The position numbers and the translations under genes are program-made. From positions 92,224-156,223 of the IMG/VR virus record IMGVR_UViG_3300045970_000382: a stretch of 64,000 nt of DNA; one strand, given 5' to 3'. The notes under the pieces were generated by a model. It made no database searches, was not told the DNA's origin, and worked only from the letters and a program-made list of their open reading frames with translations. Positions 41,108 to 52,845 of the stretch are shown piece after piece; positions within the stretch are counted from its first letter, which is position 1; every line of letters begins with the position of its first letter. This DNA comes from a virus.

Positions 41108-41497
41108 TCAATATTCGCTTGGAAGTAATAACACATTGTTTGTGAGATAAAATTTCCACTCACCTTCAGGAGCGTCAGTGAATTCAATATTTTTAGTCCA
41201 AATAATTTTATCTTCACCATTTTTATTTTCAGACCGTACTGAAATAGTAGCCGTGTTCTTAGTTGAAACAGTTAATCTCAGTACAAAAAATTCATCGCCT
41301 TCATCAGCAGTCCATTTTTTGGCTTGGTTAATTATTTCTGTAAGAATAATAACTAAAAACCAGTAACATTCTGCTTTTTCTAAAAAGTATTTAAATCCAT
41401 CAGTGTATCGGATGTTTTTATTTAGAGCATTGTAATAATATTGTTCAGTGCCTGTAAATTGTTGCAATTCGCGTTCTAAATCTTGTGTTGCAATCAT
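41108..41497 (-). CDS. Conserved hypothetical protein (DUF6876-like)
   Basis: L.QFTGTE.YY, TDG...AECYW and LLLPSEY motifs. Confidence 0.6.
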   Translation of the reverse strand: MIATQDLERELQQFTGTEQYYYNALNKNIRYTDGFKYFLEKAECYWFLVIILTEIINQAKKWTADEGDEFFVLRLTVSTKNTATISVRSENKNGEDKIIWTKNIEFTDAPEGEWKFYLTNNVLLLPSEY

Positions 41498-42412
41498 ATT
41501 AATAGTCCTATTTAAGATGTTGTTTGAGTTCGGCTTTCAAAGCAGGAGCTTTGCCACCACGAAATGAACCTGCATTACTCAGAAAGTACAAAATAATACC
41601 AGGAGCATCATCAGCTCCATATTTGGATTTTTTGTCTGTTAATGCGGTCATTGCGAGAAGATAAGGTCTGGCAGTGTAATGGACATCTTTCCACTCATTA
41701 GCTATGTCTCTTGCGATCTCAGATATTGGTCTTAACATATTGACTCTCCTAAAATTTATAAATGGTTTAATTTATTGAGTTATCATTATATACAAACTAA
41801 AAACAAAATTAAAGACTTATTTTAAAATTTATTTTAAAATAGTTAGACTATTTTAGATGTTGCGTAGTAAAATTCCCAACCTTCAATAGTTTGAAGAATT
41901 TCTAATAGTAGTTCAGCTTTCCATTTTTCTGAAGCCTTACAGGTAATTGTTATAGACATATTACCTTCATGGTGTTCAGGTTTAAATTCTACATAGGTAT
42001 TAATTTTAATAGGATCCATTTTAATCTCCCGAATCAATCAGATACGAATCGTTACAAAATTTGCATGTATAGATATGGGTACATCGCCACTGACCCTTTT
42101 CATATCTATATTCATGAATGCATGGGCTGCCATCTTTGTTTAAAGGTACATAACCTAATGATTTTCCATACATTTTTTGACCCCCACAGTTAAGACAAGG
42201 AGTATTTATTTTGCCAATATTCCAGAGCCATTTTTTATCTTCTTCTTTGATAGGAACAACACCTGTACCGTTGCAAACTGGGCATTCACCTTGATTATCA
42301 GGGAGTTTTTCATAAATTTTATACATATTGTCCACCGTTTTGTTTAAAACAATATTATACATAATATCAAATTTAAAAAATAGAATAATTTGAAAATTTA
42401 TTTTAGGATAAC

Positions 42413-42931
42413 TTAATTTGGTACTCCTCTTAAACCATATAATTCTACTCTTTTACCCCAAACTTTTTTATTATTTTGTTTTTGTTCTTCAGTTCTTTTC
42501 TTTCCTTTATTAGCTTCAGATATTTTTTGTTTGTGTTCTGGAGTCTGTTTTTTACCTAAACAATATGTATTTCCTTTCTTTAATTCAGATATTTTTTTCT
42601 TAGTTTTTTCTGAACAGATGCATACTTCACCGCCTGTAGTAAGATTATATCCATTAGGAAATAAAGCATTGTAATATTCTATATAATATTGTTCTTTTAT
42701 TTGTGCTTCTTTTAAAGTAAGATTTTCTTCTAATATGTTATGTTCAAAAAGAATCCAACTATATTTTTTAATAGCGGATGCAAACCTGGTCTTACTCTTT
42801 GCCAATTTATGTTCATAACATCTTCGTTTATAACGCTTCGTAATTCCTATATAACATTTACCAGATGGTGATCTATGCATGTAAACTATATAATCTCTAA
42901 TAGTCTTTATCCTTTTTCTAAAAATTTCCAT
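42413..42931 (-). CDS. GIY-YIG endonuclease with NUMOD3-like repeats, copy 1
   Basis: YIVY...CYIGIT...R..EH and NGYNLTTGG motifs. Confidence 0.85.
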   Translation of the reverse strand: MEIFRKRIKTIRDYIVYMHRSPSGKCYIGITKRYKRRCYEHKLAKSKTRFASAIKKYSWILFEHNILEENLTLKEAQIKEQYYIEYYNALFPNGYNLTTGGEVCICSEKTKKKISELKKGNTYCLGKKQTPEHKQKISEANKGKKRTEEQKQNNKKVWGKRVELYGLRGVPN

Positions 42932-42951
42932 AATTAGATTCCTTCAAACAT

Positions 42952-43069
42952 AAAAAAGCCCAGCACCAGAATATAGTTGCGATATATTCTTAGAACTAGG
43001 CTTAGTAATAGCTGGATTACAGACTATTCAAATTAATATCGCAACTATAATTTGAATAAACTATTCCAG
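42952..43069 (-). promoter_or_regulatory. Two-hairpin leader with complementary loops (GUUGCGA/UCGCAAC)
   Basis: Hairpin, UAUUACU linker, terminator-like hairpin, U-tract. Confidence 0.65.
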
Positions 43070-43121
43070 TTTAAACTATTTTTAGTAATTGTAAAGAGTT
43101 TATTTTCAAGATATTTTAGAC

Positions 43122-43149
43122 AAAAAAAGCCCCAATACGTTTTTGGGGC
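43122..43149 (-). terminator. Intrinsic terminator
   Basis: GCCCCAA/TTGGGGC followed by T7 on the minus strand. Confidence 0.65.
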
Positions 43150-43219
43150 CGAAGAAGCCTAACATGGGAAGTAGGAATATGTTAATTATACCACCCATTT
43201 AATATGGGTGCAACATAAA

Positions 43220-43954
43220 TCAGTCATCAATTTCAACCTCATAATTCATTAAAGCTATATAAACTCTTGGATCTAATAAATCTTTGTAAAAATCAGCCAA
43301 TCGTTTTATTTCAGTCTCTTTAGCTATTTTGTAAGCTTGGTATGCTTCTTCTTGTGTTTTGAAATAACCAAGATTTTTATTTTTTCCTTTAATACTACAT
43401 TGAGACATATAAGGTTTTAATTTACCTTCAATATAAGTTACTCCAATCAATAATTCACCTCTACAAGATTCTTTTTTTATTAAAACCGAGTTTATTTGAG
43501 ATGGAACTAAACAACATTTTTCTGGTGAATAAACCTTATTATGTTTAAAAAGAATATCTTTATCCAGTTGCCAGCCTAAGTCTGAACCATACATTAATAA
43601 ATAATCGTGGACATAATTCTGAAAATTATACCATCTAATATCTACAGTACATCCAATATAGGTAGTATGTTTTAACTGGACATTTTCGTTATAACATCTT
43701 TTTAACATATTTCCCCAACAATTAGAAATTCTTGGATGTGATATTTTTGAATAAATTCCAATTCCAACAAAACCAACACCACAAACAATTGGATGATTTG
43801 GATTTTTAACATTTCCTCTTCTTAAATCACCCGCTCTGCAAGACATTTCATAACCATCTTCAAATCTAACTCTTATATTATTCCAACTAATATACTCTAT
43901 AACAGTACAAAAACCAGATTTAGTTGTTTCAAATCTATCTCCAACTTTTATCAT
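43220..43954 (-). CDS. HNH-like/AP2 homing endonuclease, family copy 8
   Basis: Same motifs as copy 1. Confidence 0.8.
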   Translation of the reverse strand: MIKVGDRFETTKSGFCTVIEYISWNNIRVRFEDGYEMSCRAGDLRRGNVKNPNHPIVCGVGFVGIGIYSKISHPRISNCWGNMLKRCYNENVQLKHTTYIGCTVDIRWYNFQNYVHDYLLMYGSDLGWQLDKDILFKHNKVYSPEKCCLVPSQINSVLIKKESCRGELLIGVTYIEGKLKPYMSQCSIKGKNKNLGYFKTQEEAYQAYKIAKETEIKRLADFYKDLLDPRVYIALMNYEVEIDD

Positions 43955-46900
43955 AGTTGTGTACGTCCTGACATCTGATGTCTATTGAAGTTTGTTCCCT
44001 TTTTAGAATTAGGGTTCCATCTTAATTGGTTTCTAAAGTCTTCACTCTGAATTAGTAAAAATTTCTCACCAGTATACCCAATATAACCATTACCTTGTTC
44101 TATTACAGCATCACATCCCTCTATGTGGAATAAAATAAATAGCATCAAATCTTTTCTTAAGCTGTGAGGTAGAGCGATAGACCATTTTTGTCCATGACTC
44201 TGATTCCAGTTTGGCTGCATGTCAAGATTTTTGACACCGAAGAATTGTTCCAGTAACTCTTTTCCTTGATCTGTTACATCATAAAGCATACGAAGACAAT
44301 ATGGATCAATTTCTCCAGTAAGATAAATAAGGCCATAGTTTCTTAATTTTTCTGTTGAATCTAACATAATAGACTCAATTGTTTTCACTTTCATGAGATT
44401 TCACCGTTTTGGTTTGTTTATAAAGTGTTATTATATACAATGTAAACTTATAATGCGAGAGTTAATGTTATTAATTTTTTAATGAATCTGAAATTCTTTT
44501 GTTATAGAGTTCTATCAGTTGATTTTTAGTAGGTAATAAAGACCTGTTTTTGTTTTGGAAAATCAAGCAAGAATAAAAGCAGCCATTTAGATCATTATCT
44601 GATTGTGACCTAGTATCTAAAGGGCATTTACAATTTTTTGTTCTATCTAAAGGTGCTATTCGGTCTTGTTTAAGGAATTGATCCGGCCATTTATGGTCTT
44701 GTGCGTCAGGCCATAATGCCACTGAATTATTGCATAGACCTATACTACAATCTATATATTTGTTACCAGGTTCAGTATTATCTACATAATTTAAAGGTCG
44801 GTCATTTTCAATAAGATTTAACATCCTTTGCATAGCTAAAATATATCTGTGCCTGGGTAAATAGGTTACTTTATTTCGTGTAAAAGGATGTTTGTAGTGA
44901 GTCATTGTTAATTTTAAACAGGTATTTTTAACATCCAGAAACCATCATTACCAAAACCTTTATAAAGAGTTTTAGTAATTGGACTTCTAGCTACGTCAAT
45001 GAGTGGAACTAACACGTTCAGTAATTTTAACAATTGGTCTACATCTATGCCAAATTCTTGATATAGAGCTTGTTCAATAACATAATCCACATCGTCATTG
45101 GTAAATTCATCTTCATCTATATTAAGAATATGCAACAGTAGTTCTTGTGCATCTAAAAAATCTATTTTCTTAGTCATTGTATTTAGTAAGATCAAGTAAA
45201 ACTTCAGCTAGCCTACAACCTAGTTTATGGTCTTGGTTATCAGGAAGCTATCCTGATTCATCAGAGCCAGAGCCAGGTTTAATGCCTTTACATAAAGGAC
45301 AGCAAGGCAACCAGTGCAGTAGCTATATACTTCACTCCACTCTAAATCTTTCAGTAACTTATAAAGCTTGTACTGGGTAAAATTGGTAACTTCAGTCATT
45401 CTGCTAAAGAAAGAATAGTTCTATTAGAAATAGTACCTCTATAAATACGATCTTCTAAAGGAACTTCATCTAATTCATAGTAAAGAACATACCATTGGTT
45501 ATCAAGAGCGAAGCTGGCAGATATTCTAGCTTCAATATGATCCTCTCCTTCGCTAATAAAATAACCTGGATAATGAGGTTGTCCAACATCTAAAGTGACA
45601 TAGTATTTGTTCATTTGGATCTCTTTTATGAAGTGTGATTAATATTTACATTATAACAAAACTACAAACGAAATGAAAGACTCATTCAAATTTAAAATAC
45701 AAAAACAATAATAGGATAAGAATATTTAGATCTGTCCATATTGACATAATTAGATTCATCTTTGTTTATCTTTGTTCATAATGGTTTATTCTAATCTTGG
45801 GTTCCTTAAATTCAAGATAATTTTTAAAAACTTGTAAATCTAAATATAAAGCATCCAGAAATTCAAAATTGGTGTAGGCCGAAGCTTCAATTCCATGATT
45901 ACTTAAAATTTCTATAGATGTTCCACCTCCTAGCAATCCACCTTGATTATCTCCTTTAAGCAAACTTCCATATAGAACAAATCCATCATTAAGATCAACT
46001 AAATTCTTTCCTGAATTAGTGACAACCACTTTTTTAAAATCCATAAATTTCACCTATTTAATTAAAATTAATTTAGACAGTTTAATAATCAAATCCTCAA
46101 CACGATTTAAAGGAAGGTAACAAGAATAATCTTCTTCCAATTCATTAGAATAATTGTCTCCATCATCAAGATAGTCACAAATGATGCAGCCATTTTTATC
46201 TACTACTGTCACGAAATAAAGATGTTGTAGATCATCGTCCTCTTTATCTTTCTGAGTAATAGTCATAACTAGATCGTTGATGAAGGTAACTTCAGCAATC
46301 TTCGCAACATTAGAAGATTTATCTTTCCAACGTATAAGGACTTTTTTATATCTTCTTGCCATAAAAAGAGTTTAGAAAACAGCCTCGTAAGCATTTTTGA
46401 TGACACATACCAAATCTTGGTCACTTGCTGTTATGATTCCATCAAATTCACAATACCAGATTGGTGGTGTGTGACCTCTTTTAACGAAGTTGTAGTTATT
46501 TTCTAATAACTGACAATACTGGTCATAGATTCTCAATTTAGATTCAGCATTTAGATATTCATATACTGATCCATAAGCCATGTCTAAAAAGTTGTTGAAT
46601 TCCATAGTATCAATATCTACATCATCTTCTTCATCTTCTTCATCTTCCGAGACATCTTCGTAATAGAATCCATCATTGAGATTCACTACCAGACCTGTAT
46701 CATTATCATGAAGAAAGAGTTTTGGACTATCTTGTTCAAGATTTTCAATAATTATATCTTTTAACTCTTCACAAGATAAATTCCAATACGTAACATCACC
46801 TTTATAACTCACCCTTGTTTTAGTTTGCATGAAAAAAATCCTAAAAAGTAAAATTAATATTATACATTAACTAAAGTAGAAAGTCAAGACTGTAATTTTC

Positions 46901-47140
46901 AAAATCGGTCACGAAAATTTCATTTCTTGCCAATCTATTTTATCAGGATTAATTCTCAATTTTAATTTCGTATGCAGTAAAGGTAGACTTAGAGTCGAAG
47001 TAAATCCACAATTTGGATATTTTTTTACAGCCAAAGAATGACTGTCCAGAATAATTTCTTTTGACAATTTTACCTTTACAAAAAGGACAGTCACCATAAG
47101 TGAAAAAATTAGGTTGTTTTAGTGGATTTGGCATAGTTTA

Positions 47141-47464
47141 TTACTCATATTCAGGACAGTGAATCCAAGTTTCTATAGTTTCAGTTGTAATAGTTTTAAC
47201 TCTTTTTATTAATCTCATTTGGGATTCTTTTTTACGAAAATCTGTCTCATCCCGATTACCTTGTTTACCAATATGGCAGTCTTCACAGAGAGGTTGAAGA
47301 TTATTAATATCAAGTGATAATTCTGGATATTTTTTTCTTGGTTTAATATGTGACACAATAATTTTTGTATCACTCCCACAACATAAACATCGTTTACTAT
47401 AGAGCGATAATACTTCTGAAGCAAGTTTTTTCCAAATATGGGTTTTAAAAAATTTGTGTTTCAT
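47141..47464 (-). CDS. Small HNH endonuclease
   Basis: CLCCG, HIKP and NLQPLCEDCH motifs. Confidence 0.85.
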   Translation of the reverse strand: MKHKFFKTHIWKKLASEVLSLYSKRCLCCGSDTKIIVSHIKPRKKYPELSLDINNLQPLCEDCHIGKQGNRDETDFRKKESQMRLIKRVKTITTETIETWIHCPEYE

Positions 47465-47615
47465 AATTTTATAGATTTTAAGTTAAGTGTGGTTATTAAT
47501 TTTAAATTTAGTTTATTTGTATTAGAAATACCAGATTTTATTTAAAATAAATATGTTGTAACTAGATTTATTACGAAACTTCATAACTTCTTGATTTTCT
47601 TAGATTTTTTTCCTA

Positions 47616-47640
47616 TATTATATTATATTATATTATATTA
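47616..47640. repeat. (TATTA)5 microsatellite
   Basis: Read directly from the sequence. Confidence 0.9.
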
Positions 47641-47649
47641 TAAGATATT

Positions 47650-48470
47650 ATAAACATAAAAATATCTGAATGGCGTAATACAAGAGGCGTCCCCAGGACT
47701 CCACAGTTTCACTAACCAATTTCCGATTACACTAATAAAAATCTCAAAATTGAAATTTTTAAAATCCTGTCTAAACCTAATCTAAGAAACACAATTTCAC
47801 GAATTATCAGGAGGTTTATTACCCAGTCCCACATCTGGTAAAGTATCACAAGCCAAGCTTACACTTGAGATAGTCCTTCATTTATTTTATAAAACACCCA
47901 AAAGTTTCGTACTGAGTTGTAAATCATCCTTGGGTTTAGCTTTTAAAACTTATTAATTCTCAGTCTATGAAGGAAAAGTTTACATTTTAAAAATCTAAAT
48001 TACTTACCTTTGTTTTTGTAATACAGCTTTATTTGTTCTTGATCTTTTTACTCGGTCGTTATCGAGCCTCTCCGGATCAGGGCTAGTGGTTGCCACCCAC
48101 TCCTATTTCTATCTTCAACATTGGATATGTTAAAGATTCCTACGCCATTAACTCCCAGGTCTATCACTGACTTTCGGTTGGAATGCTTTTTAGGCTATGA
48201 AATCTTTAATAAACTAGACTTTAAATTGTCTGGGTTACATATAGAACCGCACGTAGGCCGTTAGGGCGTTTAGTTCCATAATTCCTGTAAAAGTTAAAGT
48301 TTTAAGACATAACTTATCTAGATTTACAATTCAGTTTTTTCATACTGGGTTGGTATAAGTCATCCTTCAGTAGTTCAATAAGATACTACGTGTAAGTTCC
48401 TTTTCCCCTTCGACGATGTCTACAAGGCTCTTCGTACCCAGATTCTATAGGTCACTACTTTATTCGTTTA
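47650..48470 (-). ncRNA. Candidate large ornate ncRNA
   Basis: No ORF of 60 aa or more; nested long-range helices and many hairpins; upstream minus-strand promoter. Confidence 0.5.
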
Positions 48471-48516
48471 AAAGATTATTTTTTTTCGACTTAGGATAAG
48501 TCAGGATGAGGTTTAA

Positions 48517-48630
48517 ACTATTTGAGTAACCATGCTATTAGGTTAAAACGGTAAAACTATTTGAATAATGTGGGGCAGAATTCGGTAAAAAAGTTAAATC
48601 TTAGATACATAGCATGGTTACTCAAATAGT
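48517..48630. repeat. Perfect 22-bp inverted repeat with 70-bp spacer
   Basis: ACTATTTGAGTAACCATGCTAT at 48517-48538 and its reverse complement at 48609-48630. Confidence 0.9.
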
Positions 48631-48840
48631 CTAACCTATTTGATTATCTAAAATTTAATTTAATTACCCAGCCCCTGCCCCCAAGAACTTATTTTGCCTT
48701 ACCAAGATTGATAAGACGAGTACAGCATATTACATTTTTCAACAAAAATCAAGGCCAAATTTTCAATTATTTTTAAAAGCCTTTACTGTCAAGTTTATAT
48801 CATGTATAATGCAATATAAACAAATAGTTACGAGGCAGTT

Positions 48841-49158
48841 ATGTTTAAATTTAATCCCAATGACATTAATTCATTACAAATAACAGTCACGCACTCATCT
48901 CAATCAGTAGAAGTTATTTACAATGACGGGTCAAAAAGAATTTACAATAACAAAGCAGCACCTGTTAATGAGACTAGAGACATGAGAATAAACCTTCTTG
49001 TTCTATTCAAGGATAAGGATAAAGCGAAAGCAAAAGGAGCTAAATGGGACCCAGGAAGGAAAACTTGGTATATAGAAAATGTAGAGGACTTAGAGCCATT
49101 TTTAGAGTGGGTTCCTAAGCACTTATTAAAGCCTTACCGTGCTTTAAACACTTTGTAG
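48841..49158 (+). CDS. DUF5710-like protein
   Basis: L.V.F.DKD.AK..GAKWD...K.WY motif. Confidence 0.7.
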   Translation: MFKFNPNDINSLQITVTHSSQSVEVIYNDGSKRIYNNKAAPVNETRDMRINLLVLFKDKDKAKAKGAKWDPGRKTWYIENVEDLEPFLEWVPKHLLKPYRALNTL

Positions 49159-49397
49159 GGAATTATTTATGAGTTTTATAGGTGTATTAGTACTATCTGC
49201 ATTAGCCATTTTTGTGGTAGGCTACTTGTTCATCTATAGTAGCCCATTCATTAGATTTTTAAATCAAGATGAAAATGACAGGAATTAGATATGGATTTTT
49301 TGGATGTAGTAGTAAGTATACTAACGATTCTAAGTATTGCTGGGCTTCTTGCTGTGGTTTGGTGGTTAGGTCGTTAATTTAGTTGTCCTTTTTAAGG

Positions 49398-49434
49398 GTA
49401 TCTCCCGGCCTAACCGCCGGGAGCGGATTGAAAC
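49398..49434 (+). CRISPR. Solitary 37-bp CRISPR repeat unit (RNA anti-CRISPR candidate)
   Basis: GTATCTCCCGGCCTAACCGCCGGGAGCGGATTGAAAC: GT start, 8-bp hairpin, ATTGAAAC end; no neighbouring repeat. Confidence 0.8.
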
Positions 49435-49463
49435 ATTTTTATTATTTTTTTAGGATGTCAATT

Positions 49464-49733
49464 ATGAGTAAAATATACAAAGAGTCACCTTTCGGTTCTA
49501 TTTTCAATTCATTTGAGGTATCAGATGAAGGGGAACATAATCTAGAATTGTTTTTTAACGAGGGTGGGGAGTTGGAGTTATGCAGAAAGGCTGAAAAGGC
49601 AGAGGATGGGTCTGTTTATCAGAGTGTAGATCTTCATTTAGAGTTCGAGGAGGTTGTGCGATTGAAAAACTTTTTAATTTTCGCTCTTAAACCCTTCCGG
49701 GAAAACGAAGAAGATCTCTATTCAGAGGATTAG
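49464..49733 (+). CDS. Small acidic hypothetical protein directly after the solitary repeat
   Basis: AGGA RBS then ATG 49464; very Glu/Asp-rich. Confidence 0.6.
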   Translation: MSKIYKESPFGSIFNSFEVSDEGEHNLELFFNEGGELELCRKAEKAEDGSVYQSVDLHLEFEEVVRLKNFLIFALKPFRENEEDLYSED

Positions 49734-50262
49734 AGATGGCTTTTCATGTCCCCGAAGAATTTTATTGCCTCCGAGAGATTTTGTATGAAGAATGCGAGTA
49801 AAAATTGTGAGATAGATATATTAAAAAAAATCTTTCCTAATTGTAAACCACAAGGTAGCTCAAAAACAATAACTTGGACTCTGATAGAGGGTACAAGATT
49901 GGATGTTTGCTGCACTATTAAAAATGCGGGTTGGATCGAAACAAATGAATTACGGCACAGTGAGGCTGCATTTGTCCATAAAAAGTACCCTAATTTAAGA
50001 ATAGCTCTTGACTATTCTAGTCTGAAACCTGGATGGATGAATGTAATGGTAGTGACTCCTACGGAATCTAAAGTATGACAGGTTACGAGTTACAGTCTGT
50101 TTTAAAAGCCTATGTCACCTTACTTGAAGGAGAAAATCCGTTTGAACTAAATCTCTTTAAGCCGAGCATCACTGTGAAGGAAGCAACAGAGATGATGGAG
50201 TTACTACCTAAAGTACGGGAATATTTAGCAAAAAATAAAGTTAGGAAGCCTATGACTTCATC

Positions 50263-50398
50263 TTGACATTGTATAAAATAGCGTATATAATTAAGATGTT
50301 ATTGGCGTACTATGAGTAAGATATTAAGCCAATAACATCTGTGTTATTACTGAAACCCAGCTCTAGTGTACTTACTCTACATTATCTGGGTTTCTTTT
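50263..50398 (+). promoter_or_regulatory. Consensus promoter plus two-hairpin leader with complementary loops (GAGUAAG/CUUACUC)
   Basis: TTGACA-N17-TATAAT; 13-bp stem; GAAACCCAG/CTGGGTTTC followed by T-tract. Confidence 0.75.
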
Positions 50399-50414
50399 AT
50401 TTAGGTTTAAAAAG

Positions 50415-51155
50415 ATGAAAACTATATCAAGAGGAGATGTTTTTGAAACGAACATATCTGGTTTTTGTACTGTTGTAGAGTATATAGATTCACGAAATGT
50501 GAAAGTTAGATTTGAAGATGGATTTGAAACAATTTGTCAATCTGGTCAATTAAGAAATGGTCAGGTTAAGAATCCAAATAATCCAATTATTTATGGTGTT
50601 GGTTTTATAGGAGTTGGAAATTATTCTCATAAATCACATCCAAGAATTTATTACTGTTGGAGGGACATGATAGGAAGATGTTATCACAAAGTTACTCAAT
50701 TAAAACATCGATCTTATATTGGTTGTACTGTATGTGAAAGATGGTGGAATTTTCAAAATTTTTGTTATGATTACTTGATAATGGTAGGTTCAGATTTAAA
50801 TTATCATTTAGATAAAGATTTATTATTTAAAGGAAATAAGATATATTCACCAGAAACATGTTGCTTAGTTCCACGTCAAGTAAATAACGTTTTAGAAAAA
50901 TGTGATGCTAATAGAGGTGAATGTTGTATTGGAGTTAATTACTATGAAGATAAAATAAATCCATACAAAGCTACTTGTAACGTTGAAGGAAAACAAAAAT
51001 ATCTTGGTATTTACAAAACAGAACAAGAAGCACGACAAGTCTATAAAGTAGCTAAAGAAGCTGAATTTAAAAGACTGGCTAATTTATACAAAGATACATT
51101 AGATTCAAGAGCTTATATAGCTTTAATGAATCGCACGGTTGATGAAGATGATTAG
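50415..51155 (+). CDS. HNH-like/AP2 homing endonuclease, family copy 9
   Basis: Same motifs as copy 1. Confidence 0.8.
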   Translation: MKTISRGDVFETNISGFCTVVEYIDSRNVKVRFEDGFETICQSGQLRNGQVKNPNNPIIYGVGFIGVGNYSHKSHPRIYYCWRDMIGRCYHKVTQLKHRSYIGCTVCERWWNFQNFCYDYLIMVGSDLNYHLDKDLLFKGNKIYSPETCCLVPRQVNNVLEKCDANRGECCIGVNYYEDKINPYKATCNVEGKQKYLGIYKTEQEARQVYKVAKEAEFKRLANLYKDTLDSRAYIALMNRTVDEDD

Positions 51156-52845
51156 GGGTGACTTATGAATGATTCTTACAATGCAGATTCAATAAAGATA
51201 TTAACACCAGAAGAAGTCTTAGATAAATTCAGATGGGTTGAGATAGAGTCCTTATCACATAAATACCATAAGCCTAAGAAATTTATAGAGAATGGCTTTG
51301 AGGCTTGTAGACGTGCTGGTGTAGATAAAGAGTATTTCGTTCAGTATTATTTAGAAAAAAATCCAGATTATGTAAGAAATCCTTTAGTAGAAGATGCTTA
51401 CAAAGATCTAATCAGAGAACAACTTTAATAAATTTAGGAGTATAAGAATGAACAAAAAGATTGAAATTATTGAGAATGAAGGTTTAATAGAGCTTAGAGT
51501 ACAGACAACCAAGATCGAACACACTTTTCTTATTCTAGAAAAGGAAGTCGCTAAAGAATTAGCTGATTCATTGATAGAACATTTTAAAAATCCAAAGATA
51601 GTGGAGTCATTTATAATAGATGACGACGGGTTATGCTAAAAATTGAACGGACTTATTGTTTTTCATTTTCAGTTTGTATATAATGATTACTCATTCAAAA
51701 CAAATTAAAAATGGTGAAAAAAATGAAAACCAAAATAGCCGCCGCTCTATTGATGGCAGCAATATCAGCGTCAGCGTCAGCCGAGTGGAGCACCGGAGGC
51801 CCGTTTCAACTTAACGAATATCCGACTAAGGAAGAGGGACAAAGGCATACCTGTAGTAATTATGCTATTGCTATCAAGGACTTTGATACACGAACCAGAG
51901 CAGGAGATCACAGTCAAGACGAACTTCTTAAATTATATTTGGAAGCTTATTTTAAGGAGTGTAGATTACCAACTCACGCCCGTGACATAAATGAAGAGCA
52001 CATGAAATAGAGATGATTAAATGATAAAAATTCCTAAGATGGAAGATTATTGGATCTATTTTGAAAAAGCAGCAATAGATTCAGATGTTTCTAAAGAACT
52101 TAAACTGGATTTCAAAAAGGCATTTTTTGCGGGCATTCAGGCGTTAATGTGTGGTCAGATAATTGTCGTGCAGAATTTTCCTTCAGAAGAGGATTATTTT
52201 AAAGCTATGAATAATTGGAGAGAAGAGTGTGAAGAGTTTTTTAATTCATTTAGGGAATTCCCTGCTGATTTTAACCGTATGCATTGATTAGGTAATTTAT
52301 GACACGATCTAAAAACAATACTATTTCTCAATTTTTAGACAGATTAACTCTGGATTTATCAAAACCCTTAAAAGATTTACATTTTTATTATCTTCATGAA
52401 AGAGATGCAGGAACACATAGTAGATATTATGAACAAAAAATGGTTGAGATGTGTTTCTCTGTATTAGAAGATTTTACAATTTTAGGATTTAGAATAATCA
52501 GGCCAACATTTAGACCTTTTGGTTTTATCTTCACTATTGAATTTTCCAATTATGAGAATCAGATGTATCAAATTTATTTGACGTTAAAAGATTATGGTTG
52601 GAGAGAAATAAAGTGACTAAAATTAGTATTAATGGCTTGGATTTTGAAATTCCTCAAGGTTTCATTCATGTTAAGTGGCAAGATGTTGAACTTTCCCAGA
52701 CTGTGTACATGATAGGTCAGCATAGAGGTAAACCTTTTGCTTATGGCCCTTATGTTGTTTTTGATAAAATTAATAGGTTATTAGTCAGTAACAATAATAG
52801 GCCTTTTCACGAATATGTAGAATCACTTCTTATTAGGGGATAGAT

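Noticed and set aside
48243-48277. Group II intron domain V (ends ACGUGCGGUUC on the minus strand)
   Set aside because: The 5' side lacks the AGC/CGC triad and pairs poorly; no domain VI, RT gene or interrupted gene is evident
49383-49463. N-terminal extension of ORF 49383-49733 from a TTG
   Set aside because: It would translate through the CRISPR repeat; AGGA plus ATG at 49464 is a better start
49330-49520. CRISPR array or mini-array
   Set aside because: Only one repeat; no second, even degenerate, copy at spacer distance on either side
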